A stretch of 32,000 nucleotides of DNA from Bacillus subtilis subsp. subtilis str. 168 (lineage in GTDB: Bacteria; Bacillota; Bacilli; Bacillales; Bacillaceae), in NCBI RefSeq assembly GCF_000009045.1, contig NC_000964.3, positions 2,670,001-2,702,000 of the forward strand, written 5' to 3'. Within the stretch, counting starts at the first letter, position 1, and the number at the start of each line of letters is the position of its first letter. A program made the position numbers and the translations under genes. The notes under the pieces were generated by a model. It worked only from the letters and a program-made list of their open reading frames with translations, was not told the origin of the DNA and searched no databases. Below, one piece after another: positions 20,383-28,315 of the stretch.

Positions 20383-20851
20383 AAATATGTTTTTTTATTA
20401 AATTAGTTATTTCATCAATCAACCGCTCAATATATTCTTGATTGAAGTTCACCTCAATTATTGGATCATCGTTCATAAAACCTCTTAATGCCACTTCAAC
20501 TTCTCTTAAATAATTTATATATTCCTGTAACTTGATATTCAGTTCTTTATCAAAGAGTATTGAAAATTTCTTAACAATCAGTTCAAATGCCGATAGCTCT
20601 TTAAAATAATCAGTATGTAATTTTTCTAAGTATCCTTCTGGGTGATTATAGAACGGTACAAAGGCAGCAGCGGTTTCAATTCTTTTATTGTTAATATTAT
20701 AAATCTCATCAATTAGTATATAGCCTTTTGTGAAAATTTCATTTCCTTTTCTATTCTTCTTTTGTAAAACATAATTAGTTCCACCTGTAAAAAAAACTGC
20801 TGTTATAGCACTAGTAATGACTGTACCAAAATCTATTTGAATCAATTTCAT
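20381..20851 (-). CDS. yqaR: Cargo protein of unknown function with an N-terminal TM helix
   Basis: 156-aa AT-rich ORF with TM segment GTVITSAITAVFFTGGTNYVL followed by a helical domain. It sits between the Xpf-like activator and the terminase. The start could be TTG at 20845. Confidence 0.75.
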   Translation of the reverse strand: MKLIQIDFGTVITSAITAVFFTGGTNYVLQKKNRKGNEIFTKGYILIDEIYNINNKRIETAAAFVPFYNHPEGYLEKLHTDYFKELSAFELIVKKFSILFDKELNIKLQEYINYLREVEVALRGFMNDDPIIEVNFNQEYIERLIDEITNLIKKHI

Positions 20852-20988
20852 CCCCTCCTTTTACTAATTATCGGCAAAAGAGAGCGATACAGGTACTATT
20901 CGCAAAATTTGTCGAACGAAACTGTTGTATAAAACCTAAATTTAGTGGTGACGCAGGAATAATTCGCCGCGCCGACCTGCCTCCCATT

Positions 20989-21444
20989 TTACACTACAGA
21001 TTTTTTCAGATTCAACAAACGCTCAAAGTGGCAATCTTGGCATAATTGGCTGATGAACTCATCTTTCATTTTGCGTACAGTTTCCCTTGAAATGCCAAGG
21101 TGAAGACTTATTGCGCGGTAGCTCATACCCTCCATCATGCAATCATAAATGACTTTATGCTGCTCACCATGGATCTTTTCAGCCCCTAATTCAACTGCAT
21201 ATACTCGCTCTTCATAATACTTAAGACGTTTGAAAAGACGTTCCTCTCTCATATCCATTTGCCTTAGCTCAGCCTGACTCTTCCCAGGACTTCCTTTTGG
21301 CATAGTAGCTTCTAATCCATATTGAGCAACACCCCAATTCTTCATGGGAATTACTGAACCATAGAGTACCCTTTGCAATCGACGAACCTCTTTCACCATC
21401 CAGTGATAGCTATTGATTAGATTTTCAATTTCTTTTCGATTCAT
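20989..21444 (-). CDS. yqaQ: Late-gene positive control factor, sigma-like (Xpf / ArpU-like)
   Basis: C-terminal sigma region-4-like HTH: MSYRAISLHLGISRETVRKMKDEF. The ORF is listed from 21486, but GGAGG lies 8 nt before the ATG at 21444 (151 aa). Confidence 0.8.
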   Translation of the reverse strand: MNRKEIENLINSYHWMVKEVRRLQRVLYGSVIPMKNWGVAQYGLEATMPKGSPGKSQAELRQMDMREERLFKRLKYYEERVYAVELGAEKIHGEQHKVIYDCMMEGMSYRAISLHLGISRETVRKMKDEFISQLCQDCHFERLLNLKKSVV

Positions 21445-21461
21445 GAAAGTATCCTCCTTTT

Positions 21462-21515
21462 CAAAATAAAAACGGACACCAAACATACAGCGTAATACTG
21501 TAAGTTCAGTGTCCG
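21462..21515 (-). terminator. Terminator-like hairpin plus U tract in the yqaQ leader
   Basis: On the minus strand: cggacac...(29-nt loop with inner acag/ctgt stem)...gtgtccg followed by tttttatttt, then the yqaQ RBS. The large loop lowers confidence. Confidence 0.4.
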
Positions 21516-21584
21516 CAGGCTTTCCGTCTTGGACTAACTGGATATTTTATGCTTTAATGAATTCACATTACCTAAGGAAAAAAA

Positions 21585-21613
21585 TTCAACTCCCTCCTTA
21601 AATATGGTAAAAT
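21585..21613 (+). promoter_or_regulatory. Sigma-A-type promoter for yqaP (TTCAAC-N17-TAAAAT with TGn)
   Basis: -35 at 21585-21590, TG at 21605-21606, -10 at 21608-21613. GTGGAGG RBS at 21628-21634 precedes the ATG at 21642. Confidence 0.6.
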
Positions 21614-21641
21614 TTTATTATAAAGTAGTGGAGGTTGTTAT

Positions 21642-22571
21642 ATGAGAGTTAGAGAAATAAAAAATTTACTCGACAATTATAATAAACAAATTGGAGTTAG
21701 TGTTTCGCACGTACCGCACAGCAACAGAAAGACTGTTCTTAATTTACAAAAGTCTTTAGATGCAATTAACGAGTTGTCTAAACTTGGTTTTTTAGATGAT
21801 GATATTGAGAGATTTAAAGATCTAGGAAGTATATATTATTCACGTGTACCTGAAGATAAGATTGAAGTGGATAATCACATCGCTAATCAAATTACTAATC
21901 ATATAAAAATTGTAAAAGAAAAATTACGTGGTTTTGGAATTTTAATTGATCAGTCAGTTTCTGATCAAAATGAGAACGTAATTAGCGTAAAACTCCCTCA
22001 ATACAACTCATTAGAAGAACTAGAAAAATTCATCAAAAAATTAAATAATGCATTTCAGAATGGTATTACCCTTGAGGAAATTAATGGACATTATAAATTA
22101 CAGGGTTTTGACACAGGTTCAATGTGGATTGACATCTTAGTAAACAGTTCAGCTGCAGTAATATTTGTTGGACAACTTATAGATGCAGCTATAAACATTT
22201 CAAAGCGATCTCAAGAATTACTCATTACTAAGGCAAACATCGAAAAGCTAGCTCTTCAAAATGAGCAATTAAAGCTACAAGTCGAAACTTCCAAAGCTTT
22301 GCTAGATGGAATTGAAAAGGGTATTGACACAATAACAGATGCCGAAATAAAAAATGTTACTGAAGGAGCAAATTATTCAACAGAATCAATAGGACATATA
22401 AAACAATCGGTTAAAATCTTTGCAGAATTACTCCATGAAGGTACCCAATTCCACCCATCTTTAGATGCACCTTCTGAAACAGTTGAAGCCTTTCCTGAAC
22501 CCCAAAAGAATTTAGAAGAGCCTCAACAATTATTAGAAACATTAGCTGACAATTTACCTGAACAGGAATAA
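21642..22571 (+). CDS. yqaP: Cargo protein of unknown function on the opposite strand, with a central hydrophobic segment and coiled coil
   Basis: 309-aa AT-rich ORF and the only large plus-strand gene in the phage body. Hydrophobic segment MWIDILVNSSAAVIFVGQLIDAAINI, then the heptad-like stretch IEKLALQNEQLKLQVETSKALLDGIEKGI. Confidence 0.8.
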   Translation: MRVREIKNLLDNYNKQIGVSVSHVPHSNRKTVLNLQKSLDAINELSKLGFLDDDIERFKDLGSIYYSRVPEDKIEVDNHIANQITNHIKIVKEKLRGFGILIDQSVSDQNENVISVKLPQYNSLEELEKFIKKLNNAFQNGITLEEINGHYKLQGFDTGSMWIDILVNSSAAVIFVGQLIDAAINISKRSQELLITKANIEKLALQNEQLKLQVETSKALLDGIEKGIDTITDAEIKNVTEGANYSTESIGHIKQSVKIFAELLHEGTQFHPSLDAPSETVEAFPEPQKNLEEPQQLLETLADNLPEQE

Positions 22572-22587
22572 CCTGCACATCCAAGCC

Positions 22588-22625
22588 GAAGGAGGAGATA
22601 TCCTCCTTCTTGTTTACCTTTTTAT
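22588..22625 (+). terminator. yqaP intrinsic terminator
   Basis: Perfect 9-bp stem gaaggagga/tcctccttc with loop gata, then ttgtttaccttttta. Confidence 0.7.
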
Positions 22626-22644
22626 AAAGTATTATATCTTCTTC

Positions 22645-22851
22645 TCATTTCACCTTAAACCCTATCTCATGATCAACCCTTGCAAAGCTGCCCTTTACAG
22701 TTTGAATCACTGTTTTGCCGTGCTCCGGAGCATCTAAAACATGTGCAGTTCCCTGATTCCCATCTAAAACAATGATCTGAACTTTTCCTGGGTCAATTTT
22801 CTGCTGAATAGTGAAGTCTTTTTTGATGTTTATTTCTCTTGGATTGTACAC
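22645..22851 (-). CDS. yqaO: Small protein of unknown function (68 aa)
   Basis: ORF with a GTG start 8 nt after GGGGGG, convergent with yqaP. Confidence 0.65.
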   Translation of the reverse strand: MYNPREINIKKDFTIQQKIDPGKVQIIVLDGNQGTAHVLDAPEHGKTVIQTVKGSFARVDHEIGFKVK

Positions 22852-22897
22852 TCAAAGCGCCCCCTATGTTATGATAGAAGTACCAGTTCATATCAAG

Positions 22898-22935
22898 AAC
22901 ACTGAGGCTAAGCGCTTCGGTGTTTTTTATTTTTA
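22898..22935 (+). terminator. Second plus-strand intrinsic terminator, facing the early operon
   Basis: 11-bp stem aacactgaggc/gcttcggtgtt with two G-U pairs that would be C-A mismatches on the minus strand. Loop taagc, then tttttattttt on the plus strand. Confidence 0.6.
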
Positions 22936-23361
22936 GGCAGAAACCTCTCTTATCATGACTTCCACCCTTGGCTCTTCGCTATAAAACTTACTGACTTTCA
23001 AATCCACAACCTGACTATCATCTTTGTATATCAGATGATTCAAAGCATCTTTCACGCCCTTTACATAATTATCAACGTCGGGCTTTGTAGTCGGCCGCAG
23101 AAGGCCCTTTTCAGCTTTCTCTTTCTTCTTTTTTGAGTTTGAAACTGACTTAGGCATTGGTCTGTACACTTTGACATCCATTGAGACAGGACCAGTAATA
23201 ATTGTTTCTGGTCGATGCTGAGACGCAACCAATGCCACATACTGTTTGAAATACTTTGATTTCGCTGGATCACGCATATGCACCTTCCCATTTCGTATTG
23301 ATCCACGCGGCCTTCCTTGTGCGACTGGCTCACCATAAACAGTGAACTTAATGCAATCCAA
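22933..23361 (-). CDS. yqaN: RusA-family Holliday junction resolvase
   Basis: N-terminus FTVYGEPVAQGRPR and the Asp-rich motif KPDVDNYVKGVKDALN are typical of RusA. TTG at 23361 follows GGGAGG (142 aa). The listed start at 23382 has no RBS. Confidence 0.85.
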   Translation of the reverse strand: MDCIKFTVYGEPVAQGRPRGSIRNGKVHMRDPAKSKYFKQYVALVASQHRPETIITGPVSMDVKVYRPMPKSVSNSKKKKEKAEKGLLRPTTKPDVDNYVKGVKDALNHLIYKDDSQVVDLKVSKFYSEEPRVEVMIREVSA

Positions 23362-23456
23362 CTGTTCTTTACCTCCCGTCAAGCTGTTCCCATAACTTAA
23401 TTTCTTTTTCTATTCTCGGTGCAGAAAGTAAAATTATCAGCAGAGACACGACTGCT

Positions 23457-23600
23457 TTAAGCACTCAGCATCCGCTCCATTTGCTTTATTTTTTCCTCAA
23501 GTAAACGGATTGTTGGTGTAAGATCTTTACCTTCATTTCGATTTGAAGGGCCAAATATATAAAGTCCACCAGTTGCTTTTATATTCGTTTTCTTTTTCAT
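23457..23600 (-). CDS. Candidate small ORF (47 aa) translationally coupled to yqaM
   Basis: [47 protein letters not shown]. Its ATG overlaps the yqaM TGA (ATGA). Below the ORF track size cut-off. Confidence 0.4.
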   Translation of the reverse strand: MKKKTNIKATGGLYIFGPSNRNEGKDLTPTIRLLEEKIKQMERMLSA

Positions 23601-24538
23601 TCCCAATCACCTAACCTATGATTTAATTGCATTCGATCGCCTCTAATAATCACTATGTAATCACGGCACATCTGGTGAATTCGTGAACCAAGAGCCTCGT
23701 CTATATCCAAAATCTCATCGATTGTTAACTCCGAAGAAATCAGCAAAGGTTTGTGATTTAAATACCGGTAGTTCAAGACTGACTGGATTTGTTCAACCTG
23801 CCAGTCTGTTGCCCTTGGTTGACCGTTTATTGGTTTAAATAAATCATCAATGAATAGAACTTCGACCTTTCTCATGGCATCGAGTTTTGCTTCTAAGTTA
23901 TCAAAGTTAGCTTTCAAATCACCCATGCCCTCTACATAAGGGAAATACATGCAGTGTACTGATTTTTTCTTGATCAGATTATTCATAATCGCCGTGAGCA
24001 AATGAGTTTTACCGCTACCTGGCTGTCCAAGTAATGCGATACTGTTTTGCCTTTCTCCTTTGATCTTTTGAAAATCTTTATAGTATTCCACTGCACACTC
24101 ATAAGCGTCCTTGATCATGTCTGGCTTACCGTCCGTTATGAAGTTACCAAAGAGAAGCTTTTCAAACTCTTCTGTAATGCCACTAGCTGCCATGAGTCTG
24201 GCAATTTTCTTTCGTCTTACACATTCACACTGTTTTGAATAAGTATCTTTCCATTCGCTAGCTTTATCCGGCGTACAAACCTTACCTAACAGAAAATCAT
24301 CTTCCGACACCATATCGTCCGGAACCATAAGGTCTAACTGTTCATCTAAATGCCAAGAAGTGTCCTTATGGACTCGATAAACGACAATTCCACGATCCTT
24401 ACAATAAGGACAATCAAATTCAGCCTTTTCTTCTGATACGGCCTGTTTTGTTCCCAAAAAGCGGGCTGACCTTTCCCGAAGTTCCTGCATGATCGTTTGA
24501 AATGCGGTGTCTATACTGACTGCTTTGTTTATAGCCAT
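23597..24538 (-). CDS. yqaM: DnaC/IstB-like helicase-loader ATPase
   Basis: Walker [14 protein letters not shown] and Walker B VLFIDDL. AAGGAG lies 7 nt before the ATG at 24538 (313 aa). The listed start 24592 has no RBS. Confidence 0.88.
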
Positions 24539-25130
24539 ATTGTTTCTCCTTTCTCTTTTGAGTGAATGGATTTGATAAGATGGCTTGAACATATGACAAA
24601 CTTGCAGCTTTCCCCTTTAATTGAAACGCTGTCTTGATAGCCTCCATCACTTTTTCCTCACCATAATCGTCGACCATGTAGCCGATCCGCTGTGCCTCCA
24701 TCGGGCCGACTGACCGAGCAACTTTGTTTTCATATAGCTCAAAGGCATTTTTCATTTTGTCATCGACCTCCTGATGTTCAATCTGAGCTGGTTCCAAAGC
24801 TTTGTTCTTCATGTAATTTCCTAGTTGTATGTAGTCTGCATAATGAAGTATGGTGACGATGAGCCCTCTTTTTTGTGGAAGACGGTGCAATTTGATATAT
24901 CCCTGTTTCTCCATTCGGTCTAGTGAGTATTTGATCTGTGCAGCTGACCAGTTAAAATCTTTTGCTAGTTCCACAACTTTGATAATGGTCTGCCCAAGTT
25001 CTAGCTCTTGATTTGGCCTGTATTCAGCTCTTTTGAACAAGTGATCATAAATTTTTTCATCCCTAAACTCTTTGAATGGTAGTCGGGGTATGACCACATA
25101 CCCCATTGCTTTTATGTCCAAGTCAATCAC
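24420..25130 (-). CDS. yqaL: DnaD-like replication initiation / primosome protein
   Basis: Winged-helix N-terminal domain and a DnaD-like C-terminal repeat (...[15 protein letters not shown]). The start codon is uncertain: GTG 25130, TTG 25121 or ATG 25106. The basic tail overlaps yqaM by ~119 nt. Confidence 0.75.
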
Positions 25131-25172
25131 CTACTTCCTTTCACAGAGTGCAGTTATGTCAGAGATGCCGGC

Positions 25173-26027
25173 TCAATCAAACGGAAGTTCATCGTCTTTT
25201 ATATCTACAGGCTTGCCGTCAAAAGGATCGGTTTCTTGGGCGCTTGGTTTTTCCGTTTCATCTTTGTTTGAAGGCTCGGAATCGATAATTTCTGAACTGT
25301 CTGCCTCATTGGTAATGTCAATCCGTTCCCTTGTTTCATCTTCCTCAATAACTGCTTTTTGCATTTCAACAGAGAGAATCCCCCACTTGCTCAAAACTGC
25401 TTTTAATACAGTCTTAAGAGCCATCGCATCCCAGTCATTTTTCCATCCAAAATCAGACTTACTGAATTTCTTTTTGTGCTTCTCTACTTGTGCCTTTGTC
25501 CAGTACACTGTTTTTCGGAAGCCATTTATCAACTCAAAATAAGCTGCATAACCAATTACCGCGTCTGATTCTCGTTTTTCAAAATCAATCTCGATCTCCT
25601 CAGTCAACGGATTCCACTTCTGCAATTCGCCTTCATGAATCGGTATGCAATTGATGGATTTATATTGGCCTGTTCGTAAGGCTAGCTGGATATATCCTTT
25701 GTATCCAAGCTGAAATTGAGCCTTACCTCCGTAAGGAACAATCCAGGCATACCCTAAGTTTTTATCTATAGGTAAATCGAGTGTAGCTGCCACCATTGCT
25801 GAGGATATGACGCTCATAGGATCTGTTTTCTGTAGCATCTGCTCGCTGTTATAAAGGCTTAAGATAGAAGCAGTAAACTGTGTAGCCCTCTTCCCTAACA
25901 CTTCCTCAAATCGTTTAATAACAGATGGTGAGGAAAGTAGCCCTTTCATTGTTGCTCCTTGTTGTTGCACAGGTACGTTTTTTTGTTTCTTTTGGATGTT
26001 GTTTTTAATTGATTGATTAGTAGCCAT
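25173..26027 (-). CDS. yqaK: RecT-family single-strand annealing protein
   Basis: 284-aa ORF directly downstream of the YqaJ exonuclease gene, the classic RecET-like pair. GGAGG RBS. Confidence 0.9.
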   Translation of the reverse strand: MATNQSIKNNIQKKQKNVPVQQQGATMKGLLSSPSVIKRFEEVLGKRATQFTASILSLYNSEQMLQKTDPMSVISSAMVAATLDLPIDKNLGYAWIVPYGGKAQFQLGYKGYIQLALRTGQYKSINCIPIHEGELQKWNPLTEEIEIDFEKRESDAVIGYAAYFELINGFRKTVYWTKAQVEKHKKKFSKSDFGWKNDWDAMALKTVLKAVLSKWGILSVEMQKAVIEEDETRERIDITNEADSSEIIDSEPSNKDETEKPSAQETDPFDGKPVDIKDDELPFD

Positions 26028-26029
26028 AA

Positions 26030-26989
26030 TCAGCTAACCTCCTTGATTCCAAAACGTCTGAAATGAGTTTCCTTTTTAACTTTCTCGTATACATCCGGAA
26101 ACTGGTCTTTGAGCTTTTTCGTGTCAATTCGATTTGAGACAACAGGCTTCCAGCAAGCTTGATAGTTACCGATAAACCCATACTCTGCATCCTTCATTTC
26201 ATGTTTGATTTGGTTCTCTAATTCTTTTGCCTGGCTTTGAAGCTCTGAGATCTGTTCTTTAATAAGCAAGTATTGTTGAATACGTTCTCGATTAGCCGCA
26301 GTTAAATCAATAGCTTTGTTATTTTCCGTTTCGGCATATCGTTTTTTGAGGTATTCCTCCGCAGCACTTGAACCATCTAAAGCAGGAGCTTGTCCACCTA
26401 AGACCTTGTCATTCCAGAACTCAATCTCTGCTTTAAAGATCATGTCAATTAACTCGTCGTCTCGCTCAATCTCTTTCCAGACAAATTTGTTCCCGCCAAT
26501 CAGCACAGCAAAATAAGCTTTCCGATATTCAGGTCCAAGCACACCCAGATAATGCTGGACCTGAACGATATAGCTCTCGGGGATTTCTTCGTCCTCCCAT
26601 TCTTTTAAGTTGTAGGCTGATGTTGTTTTACATTCAAGGATCGCTTTTTCACCAACGATCATTCGATCAACATTAGCCAAAATGAAATTATATTCTGGAT
26701 GTCTGAGTATTGCTTTTTTACGTCTAACCTTCTTGCCACTACGTATCTCAAATTCTTTTGCAACAATATCTTCTAGCAATGATCCAAAGTAAGCAGCTTC
26801 ACTTTGCGATTCACTAACAGGGACCTGTCCTGTTTTGTCTAACCATAATTCAAAAGGTGTCTTCCACTTGTTCAGCCCCAAGATAATGGATGCATCTGAG
26901 CCGCCAATTCCTTTTCTTCTTTCAATAAGCCATTCATCACGGCTCATTTCAGAATTCTTAGCAAGAACCTCAGCCCGTTTGCTTGTCAT
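26030..26989 (-). CDS. yqaJ: YqaJ-family viral recombinase exonuclease (lambda Exo-like)
   Basis: 319-aa ORF. The N-terminal RKGIGGSDASIILG and ...ILECK... segments fit the YqaJ/PD-(D/E)XK fold. Confidence 0.9.
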   Translation of the reverse strand: MTSKRAEVLAKNSEMSRDEWLIERRKGIGGSDASIILGLNKWKTPFELWLDKTGQVPVSESQSEAAYFGSLLEDIVAKEFEIRSGKKVRRKKAILRHPEYNFILANVDRMIVGEKAILECKTTSAYNLKEWEDEEIPESYIVQVQHYLGVLGPEYRKAYFAVLIGGNKFVWKEIERDDELIDMIFKAEIEFWNDKVLGGQAPALDGSSAAEEYLKKRYAETENNKAIDLTAANRERIQQYLLIKEQISELQSQAKELENQIKHEMKDAEYGFIGNYQACWKPVVSNRIDTKKLKDQFPDVYEKVKKETHFRRFGIKEVS

Positions 26990-27070
26990 TCCACCTAACC
27001 CCCATTGTTTTTATTGAGGCTATCTGATAAAATATTTGCACATGAGTTTTTTTAGATAGCCTTTAAAGAA

Positions 27071-27098
27071 GTCCACTTTGCCGAGTGGGCTTTTTTAT
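27071..27098 (+). terminator. Hairpin plus T tract abutting the yqaI stop; folds better as plus-strand RNA
   Basis: gtccact-ttgccg-agtgggc followed by tttttt. The t-g pair is a wobble on the plus strand but a C-A mismatch on the minus strand. On the minus strand only ttcttt follows the hairpin. Confidence 0.45.
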
Positions 27099-27289
27099 TG
27101 CGCGTTTTTAAATTCAAAACCAAGTTGCTCCCTTAGATACCTTTCCAAGTTCTCTCTGAGAATGATTTCGCCGCCATCAATTACATAATCATCAACTGGT
27201 GTTACTTCATCACCGTAAAAATCTATTTGTACATCCGTTTCAGTCAGCTTATCGTGCCAGTTGTTTATGACCATTGGATTTTCGACCAT
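27095..27289 (-). CDS. yqaI: Small early protein (64 aa)
   Basis: GAGGAG lies 7 nt before the ATG at 27289. The listed longer start at 27346 lacks an RBS. Confidence 0.7.
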   Translation of the reverse strand: MVENPMVINNWHDKLTETDVQIDFYGDEVTPVDDYVIDGGEIILRENLERYLREQLGFEFKNAQ

Positions 27290-27422
27290 TCTTATTCTCC
27301 TCTCTGAATTTGTCTGCACGTCTATCCCATAACAGATGGAATTCACTATTGTTACGAATCATCACACACCATTTACGAACTTCCAGAGCAGTTGCCGGTT
27401 TATGAACAAAATGAACCATCAT
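27249..27422 (-). CDS. Candidate small ORF (57 aa) filling the yqaH-yqaI gap
   Basis: [57 protein letters not shown]. Its ATG overlaps the yqaH TGA (ATGA), with AGGTG 6 nt upstream. The 3' end overlaps the yqaI start by 41 nt. Confidence 0.35.
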   Translation of the reverse strand: MMVHFVHKPATALEVRKWCVMIRNNSEFHLLWDRRADKFREENKNGRKSNGHKQLAR

Positions 27423-27676
27423 CCTATACACCTGCTCACTACAGTTAAGTTGATACCTTGCTGTTGCATTTTCAATGCCGTTTCATAAAGGCGTCCTTTG
27501 TTTGCAAGCCGGCTAATATCCTCAGTAAGAACCTTGATGCTTCCAGCAAGACTAATCGCTTCTTCATAATCACCATCACGTAATGCCTCTGACAGCATGA
27601 TTGATAGCTCTTCTGCTGATTCGATTTTTCTTTTTGCGATAGGAACATCTGCCTTCAAGAAATGATTAGTATTCAT
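27419..27676 (-). CDS. yqaH: Small early protein YqaH
   Basis: 85-aa helical ORF whose start overlaps the yqaG stop. Confidence 0.8.
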
Positions 27677-28242
27677 ACTGAAACCGCCTGCCTTCCTTCT
27701 TGTTTTGCCATAGCAACTTGATCAACTAGAGCTTTCCGCGTCCATCTATCTGCAAGTTCCTGCATTTTCAACCCGTGAGTACGAACAAGTGAATAAATCA
27801 ATGTTTTGTTAGCCGCAATCAAATCAAAAATCTGCTTAATATCGGCCATCGGCAGCTCCTCTGTTTTACCTGGTCGGTTATCCGTGAGCCAACGGGCTAA
27901 ATGTTTGGTTGCTTGCAGTGCTTCCTCCAATTGGTGAACCATATTAATCACCGCATTACTTGCACATTCATTGAGTGCCGGATCAATAGGAGCAGCGGCT
28001 GTAGGATGAAGTTTGAATAAGTAATGTACAAGATCAATATGTTCATAGGCAGCGCACTTCTCAAACCATTTAATACATAACTCTGGAGTAAGCTTGGCAA
28101 GTCCATTTTCAACATCTGAAACATACCTTTGATCCTTACCTCCGATTAACTTGCCGATTTGGTATTGTGAAAGACCTGCAGCCTTACGGGCACTACGCAT
28201 AATCTGCGGTAAATTACGCATATTGTATGGGTTGTTCTCCAT
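27673..28242 (-). CDS. yqaG: Xre-type HTH early protein
   Basis: N-terminal [28 protein letters not shown], with GGAGG RBS. Confidence 0.8.
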
Positions 28243-28315
28243 ATGTTTGCCTCCTGTTATATTAGGTTTTTAGTTTTAAAATTGAAGTTGAAAGACCATG
28301 CTGTTTATAAATGAC

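Noticed and set aside
20950-20985. GC-rich patch gcaggaataattcgccgcgccgacctgc after the yqaQ stop, considered as a terminator
   Set aside because: It has only a 5-bp outer stem with an 18-nt loop and no U tract follows on the minus strand.
25072-25542. 156-aa plus-strand ORF overlapping the 5' end of yqaL and the 3' half of yqaK, and the nested 60-aa ORF at 25106
   Set aside because: Ser/Leu/Phe-rich antisense translation of well-supported minus-strand genes, with no RBS.
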